Shown: positions 60,135 through 64,000 of the stretch, piece by piece
Layout of the letters: the number at the start of each line of letters is the position of its first letter
Numbering within the stretch: position 1 is the stretch's first letter
Assembly: GCA_052327205.1 (NCBI GenBank)
Contig: JBMRGM010000043.1
Coordinates: 11,098,001-11,162,000 of the forward strand
Direction: 5' to 3'
Source: Somniosus microcephalus
Lineage: Eukaryota
Length of the DNA stretch: 64,000 nt
Position numbers and translations under genes: made by a program
Notes under the pieces: model-generated
Database searches by the model: none
Told to the model about the DNA's origin: nothing
Seen by the model: the letters and a program-made list of their open reading frames with translations, nothing else

Positions 60135-61165
60135 CTTTAAAACAGAAAGTACCAGAACAATGCCAGAAACAAGTTAATAACCAGGAATTGAAAAAGTTAA
60201 AACGGGATTCAAAGAGAGTTTACAATTATAGAATAGCAGGCAACATTAAATTAAACACTACAACTTTTTTTAAAACATATAACGTGTAAAAGGTTAGTTA
60301 GGGAAAAAGACGGGCCTATTAAGGACCAAAGGGAAATCTTCATGGAGAGGCAGGGGGCATGGCTGAAGTATTAAATGAGTAATTTGCATCTGTCTTCACA
60401 AAAGAAGCGGATGGTGTGAAGGTTACACTTGAAGAGGAGATGGAAGTTAATGACAGGATAGTAACAGAATGAGAATATGTGCTAAAAGATTCTCATTTCT
60501 GTATATTGTTAAGTCTGGTGCGAATGGAATGGATCCTAGGTTGCTGAAAGCAGTAAATATAGAAATGATAGAGACATTGGTCACAATCTCTCACTCCTCA
60601 ATTAACACAGAAGTAGTGCCGGAGGACTGGTGGGTCGCCAATGTTATATCACATTCAAGAACAGGGAGAGGGAAGAAGCAGGGTACTGCAGGCCATTCAG
60701 ACTACCAGCAGTGGTGGGGAAGTTACGACAAACCACTATCAGGGACAAAATAAACATTCATTTGAAAAAGTATGGGATAATCATGGAGAGAAGCTGGCCC
60801 ATAGATGTGTTAAAGGAAAGTCACGTTTGACTACTTTGATTGAATTCGTTGATGAGGTAACAGAGGAGGCTGATCAAGGTAGTGCAGTAGATGTTGTATT
60901 TGTGGACTTTCAGAAGGCATTCGACAAAGTGCCGCACAGGAGGCTTATTAAGAAGATGGCAGCCCATGGAATGGCGAGGAGATTGGCACTATGGATAGGA
61001 AATTGGCTGAGTGACAGGAAGCAAAGGGTGGAGCTGGATGGATGATTTTCAGACCGGGAGGTTTTTTGCAATGGTGTTGCCGAAGGGTCAGTTTTGTATC
61101 CATTGCTCTTTTCAATTCTCATAAACGACCTCGACTCGGGTATAGGGAGCAACATTATAAAGTTT
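60135..61165 (+). mobile_element. Degenerate CR1 ORF2 fragment
   Basis: VPEDWWVANV, DFQKAFDKVPH, WLSDRKQRV, LINDLD. Confidence 0.85.
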
Positions 61166-61213
61166 TTAGATAAACAAAACTTTGCAACGCAGGAGAGTTT
61201 AATGAGGAAAGTT

Positions 61214-61296
61214 ATAGTCATGGCGGAGTGGCTAAGGCGATGGAAGAAACAATGTATTGGGTTTTCTCCGCGCAGGTTTGAATTCTGCCGGTTACG
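61214..61296 (+). pseudogene. tRNA-Ser pseudogene
   Basis: ATAGTCATGGCGGAGTGGCTAAGGCGATGGA...CGCGCAGGTTTGAATTCTGCCGGTTACG; anticodon arm destroyed. Confidence 0.8.
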
Positions 61297-62458
61297 GCTG
61301 CAATGGCATTTTCCAAAGTGAAGCATTTTCACTTAATTTTAACTGCAGCCTTTCACTTGCTGTGTCGAGACAAATCGAAAGCTCCGTTCAAACAATGATT
61401 CAATGACAATGTAAAAGAGGCAGAAACTAAAGCAAGCACTTCACACCAATATTACATCACGGCATCACGAGATAACTAGGCCACCAGGTGAAACACTAAG
61501 TTGTTTATTGCTCTTGAAACCGGTAAAGCAATTTTATCCGTCGAAAATATTTATTTTGCAACCCAGTGAGCCATCTTCCAGTTGATGCTGCTTCCTACTG
61601 CGATGCTTATTTAATGAATTAAGCCAGAGGAGCCACAGTGATCAACCCTACCGGCCAAGATCAGAACATGAGAACATAAGACATAGGAGCAGGATTTGGC
61701 CATGCGACCTTCGATCCTGCTCCGCCATTCAATAAGATCATGGCTGATCCTCTACCTCAACTGAAACTTACCGACCTAGCCCCATATACCTTGATCCCCG
61801 TAATGTCCAAATCCATCTCGCTTAGGAATGTACTCAATGACTGAACAGCCACAGCCCTCTGCGGTAGAAAATTACAAAGATTCACAACCATATAGAGCGA
61901 AAAAAATTCCCCTTCTCAATCCTAAACGGCTGGCCCCTTATTCTGAAACTTTGACCCCTAGTTCTGGACTCCACAGCCAGGGGAAACAGCCTCTCAGCAT
62001 CCACCCTGTCAATCACTGCAAAACGTGTTAGTTGCTCTTCTCTCCTACAGTGTGCTGATTCCCTTTCCACACATATAACGATGTTTATCTGGGTGGACCC
62101 GCAGCAGGAAATGCAATGCAGCCGCAGATTTATTCAAGACAACTTTCTATGAGTCGCACCCTGCTGCACAAAGGGATAAAGACAGCACACGAAAGAAAAG
62201 GCGATTTGAAGCCCTTGCCGTGAGAGTCACTAAACCACTTTCAAACGCAGCAACCAAATCAGCTCGCTTCAAAGATTTTGTAATTAATCCTTCATACATC
62301 TCTCATTTGGCTTAAAGTAGAGATTGCAGCGGCTGCTGGATTCTCGGCCGCGGTGCCAGCGACAGGAACAAGTCATCCGCTCACAGCCGAGTCCTCCAAC
62401 GTACTGGAGCTGCTTGTGACGGAGCAGCTCAATCCTCAGGCCCTGATTGGACACATTG
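61214..62458 (-). repeat. Inverted, strongly diverged orphan copy of the array unit
   Basis: Reverse complement contains the CCAAT/palindrome block, the CR1 tail and the Ser flank in unit order. Confidence 0.88.
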
Positions 62459-62587
62459 GACTCTGTGTTCAGGATGAGGGTCAGATGTGTTTTTCATTCC
62501 ATTAGTCTGAGGAACGTGTGATTAGGAGGGCAGGTATCCCCTATTATGTCTCCTCTTATAATTCTGGTAAATTTCAGGATCAATGCG

Positions 62588-62632
62588 GCCGGAATAGTTC
62601 AGTTTAGAGAGATAGTTTGACGGCAGATCAAG
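62588..62632 (+). pseudogene. tRNA-Phe 5'-half relic
   Basis: GCCGGAATAGTTCAGTTTAGAGAG...GACGGCAGATCAAG; inverted paralog of 50336-50378. Confidence 0.5.
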
Positions 62633-63099
62633 AGACGACGTCTTTCCTCGGAAAGTTATTACCACAATTGGCAAAATTCTCAAATATTTCCATCTGGAAA
62701 TTATTATCTTTCCCTTTTTTGTAACGTTGTTTCTTTCTTCCTTCAGGCTCGCTCTCTCCCCTCTCACTGACTCTCTCCCGTTCTCACAACCACTTTTACA
62801 TTTTGGTTCATCCATTTCTTACAATCTATTGACCGAACCACACTTGCTGCCACTCTTACAGCCACCAACACACCGCCGCTTCCCCATTCGCCTCTCCCTC
62901 CCAAACCAGTCGGTTGAACAGCGCATCCCATCTGCTCCGGCGCTCCAATCCGATCCAGTTAAAAATAATATATTCTCAACCTGACACAGAGGGAGGAATA
63001 GACTGGATTTTAGGCGGTGTTGCTCTTCTAAGAGAGCAGTGAGTCTCTAGAATGCGTTGCTAGCCGGTGTTGTGGGTGCTGACTTTCTGATCGCCTTCA

Positions 63100-63832
63100 A
63101 GGTGGATGGGAAAACACATGGCAGATGGAAGTTAATGCAGGAATTGTGAAGTGATATATTGCATTAGGACGAGTGAGAGAGGCAATATGAACGAAATAGT
63201 ACAATTTTAAAGGGTTGCTTGAACAGAGAGACCTGGAGGTGTATGGGAACAAATCTTTGATGCTGGCAGGACACGGGTGTCAAAAATCACATGGGATGTT
63301 TGGCTTTATCTGCAGAGGAATAGAGAAGAAAAATGAAGAAGTTATGCCAAATCTTCATAAAACACTGTTTAGCCTCCGTGGGAGTATTGTGTTCAATTAT
63401 GGGCATACATGTTGGGAAGGGTGGCAAGGCCTTGGAGAGGTTGCAGAGGAGAACTTTAGAGTGGTTACCAGGGTTAAAGATTTTCAGATATGTGGAGAGA
63501 TTGGAGAATCTGGGATTGTTCTCCTTGGAGCAGAGACTTTTAAGGGGAGGCTTAATAGAGCTATTCAAAAAATGATGGGGTGTGATGGAGCATGTAGGGA
63601 ACCTGTTTCCTCTGACAAGTGAAATGGTAACCAGAGGTCTTAGATGCAATATATATTGGTGCACAGACGGTTGTTAAGTGCAGGAACGCATTACCGAAAA
63701 TGGTAGTGGAGTCAGATTCGAAGCAACTTCAAGAGGCAATTGGACATGTATTTGAAGAGTACTCGCAGGTTTGGGGGAAACACGATGGGATGTGGGATGA
63801 AATTGGACAGCTCTTCCAAAGAGCCAGAACAG
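63100..63832 (+). mobile_element. Degenerate CR1 3' region, paralog of 27290-28060
   Basis: ALERLQRR, LENLGLFSLEQRLLRGGLIE; flanks shared with 27060-27290. Confidence 0.82.
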
Positions 63833-64000
63833 GTGTGAAATAAAGAATAGATTTGCCTTTCTAATCTAGGCTTTATTAACTTAAAAATCCTGTAGCACAT
63901 CTTTCAACACCCAGTCCCAACTAAAGGCTGGAAAGAACTGAATTTAAGATGGCCACCTCAAATCACATGACATCAACTACCAATGAGATTACAGCATATC

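Overview
Vertebrate genomic DNA, very probably a cartilaginous fish. This is inferred from an HE1/V-type SINE, Deu-domain SINE pieces, CR1 LINEs with octamer tails and a GPR139-like pseudogene. Bases 1-~23,260 are the right end of a homogeneous tandem array of ~1,987/2,013-bp units, 12 of them in the window. Each unit carries a head-to-head tRNA-Ser(AGA)/tRNA-Asn(GTT) pair, an E-box/CCAAT/CCAAT module followed by a 24-nt palindrome, and a CR1 3' fragment. The rest of the window holds older, reshuffled cluster pieces: orphan units, Ser/Leu/Ala/Phe tRNA relics and an inverted duplication. These have been invaded by a full-length Gypsy LTR element (LTRs and 5-bp TSD intact), a deleted endogenous retrovirus with an unusual F-protein-like env, several CR1/L2/RTE LINEs, SINEs and minisatellites. 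No intact host protein-coding gene is seen. The most notable observations are an otherwise intact tRNA-Ser with an AAA (Phe) anticodon, a palindrome showing two independent compensatory base-pair changes between copies, and the atypical retroviral env. All coordinates and alignments were done by eye.
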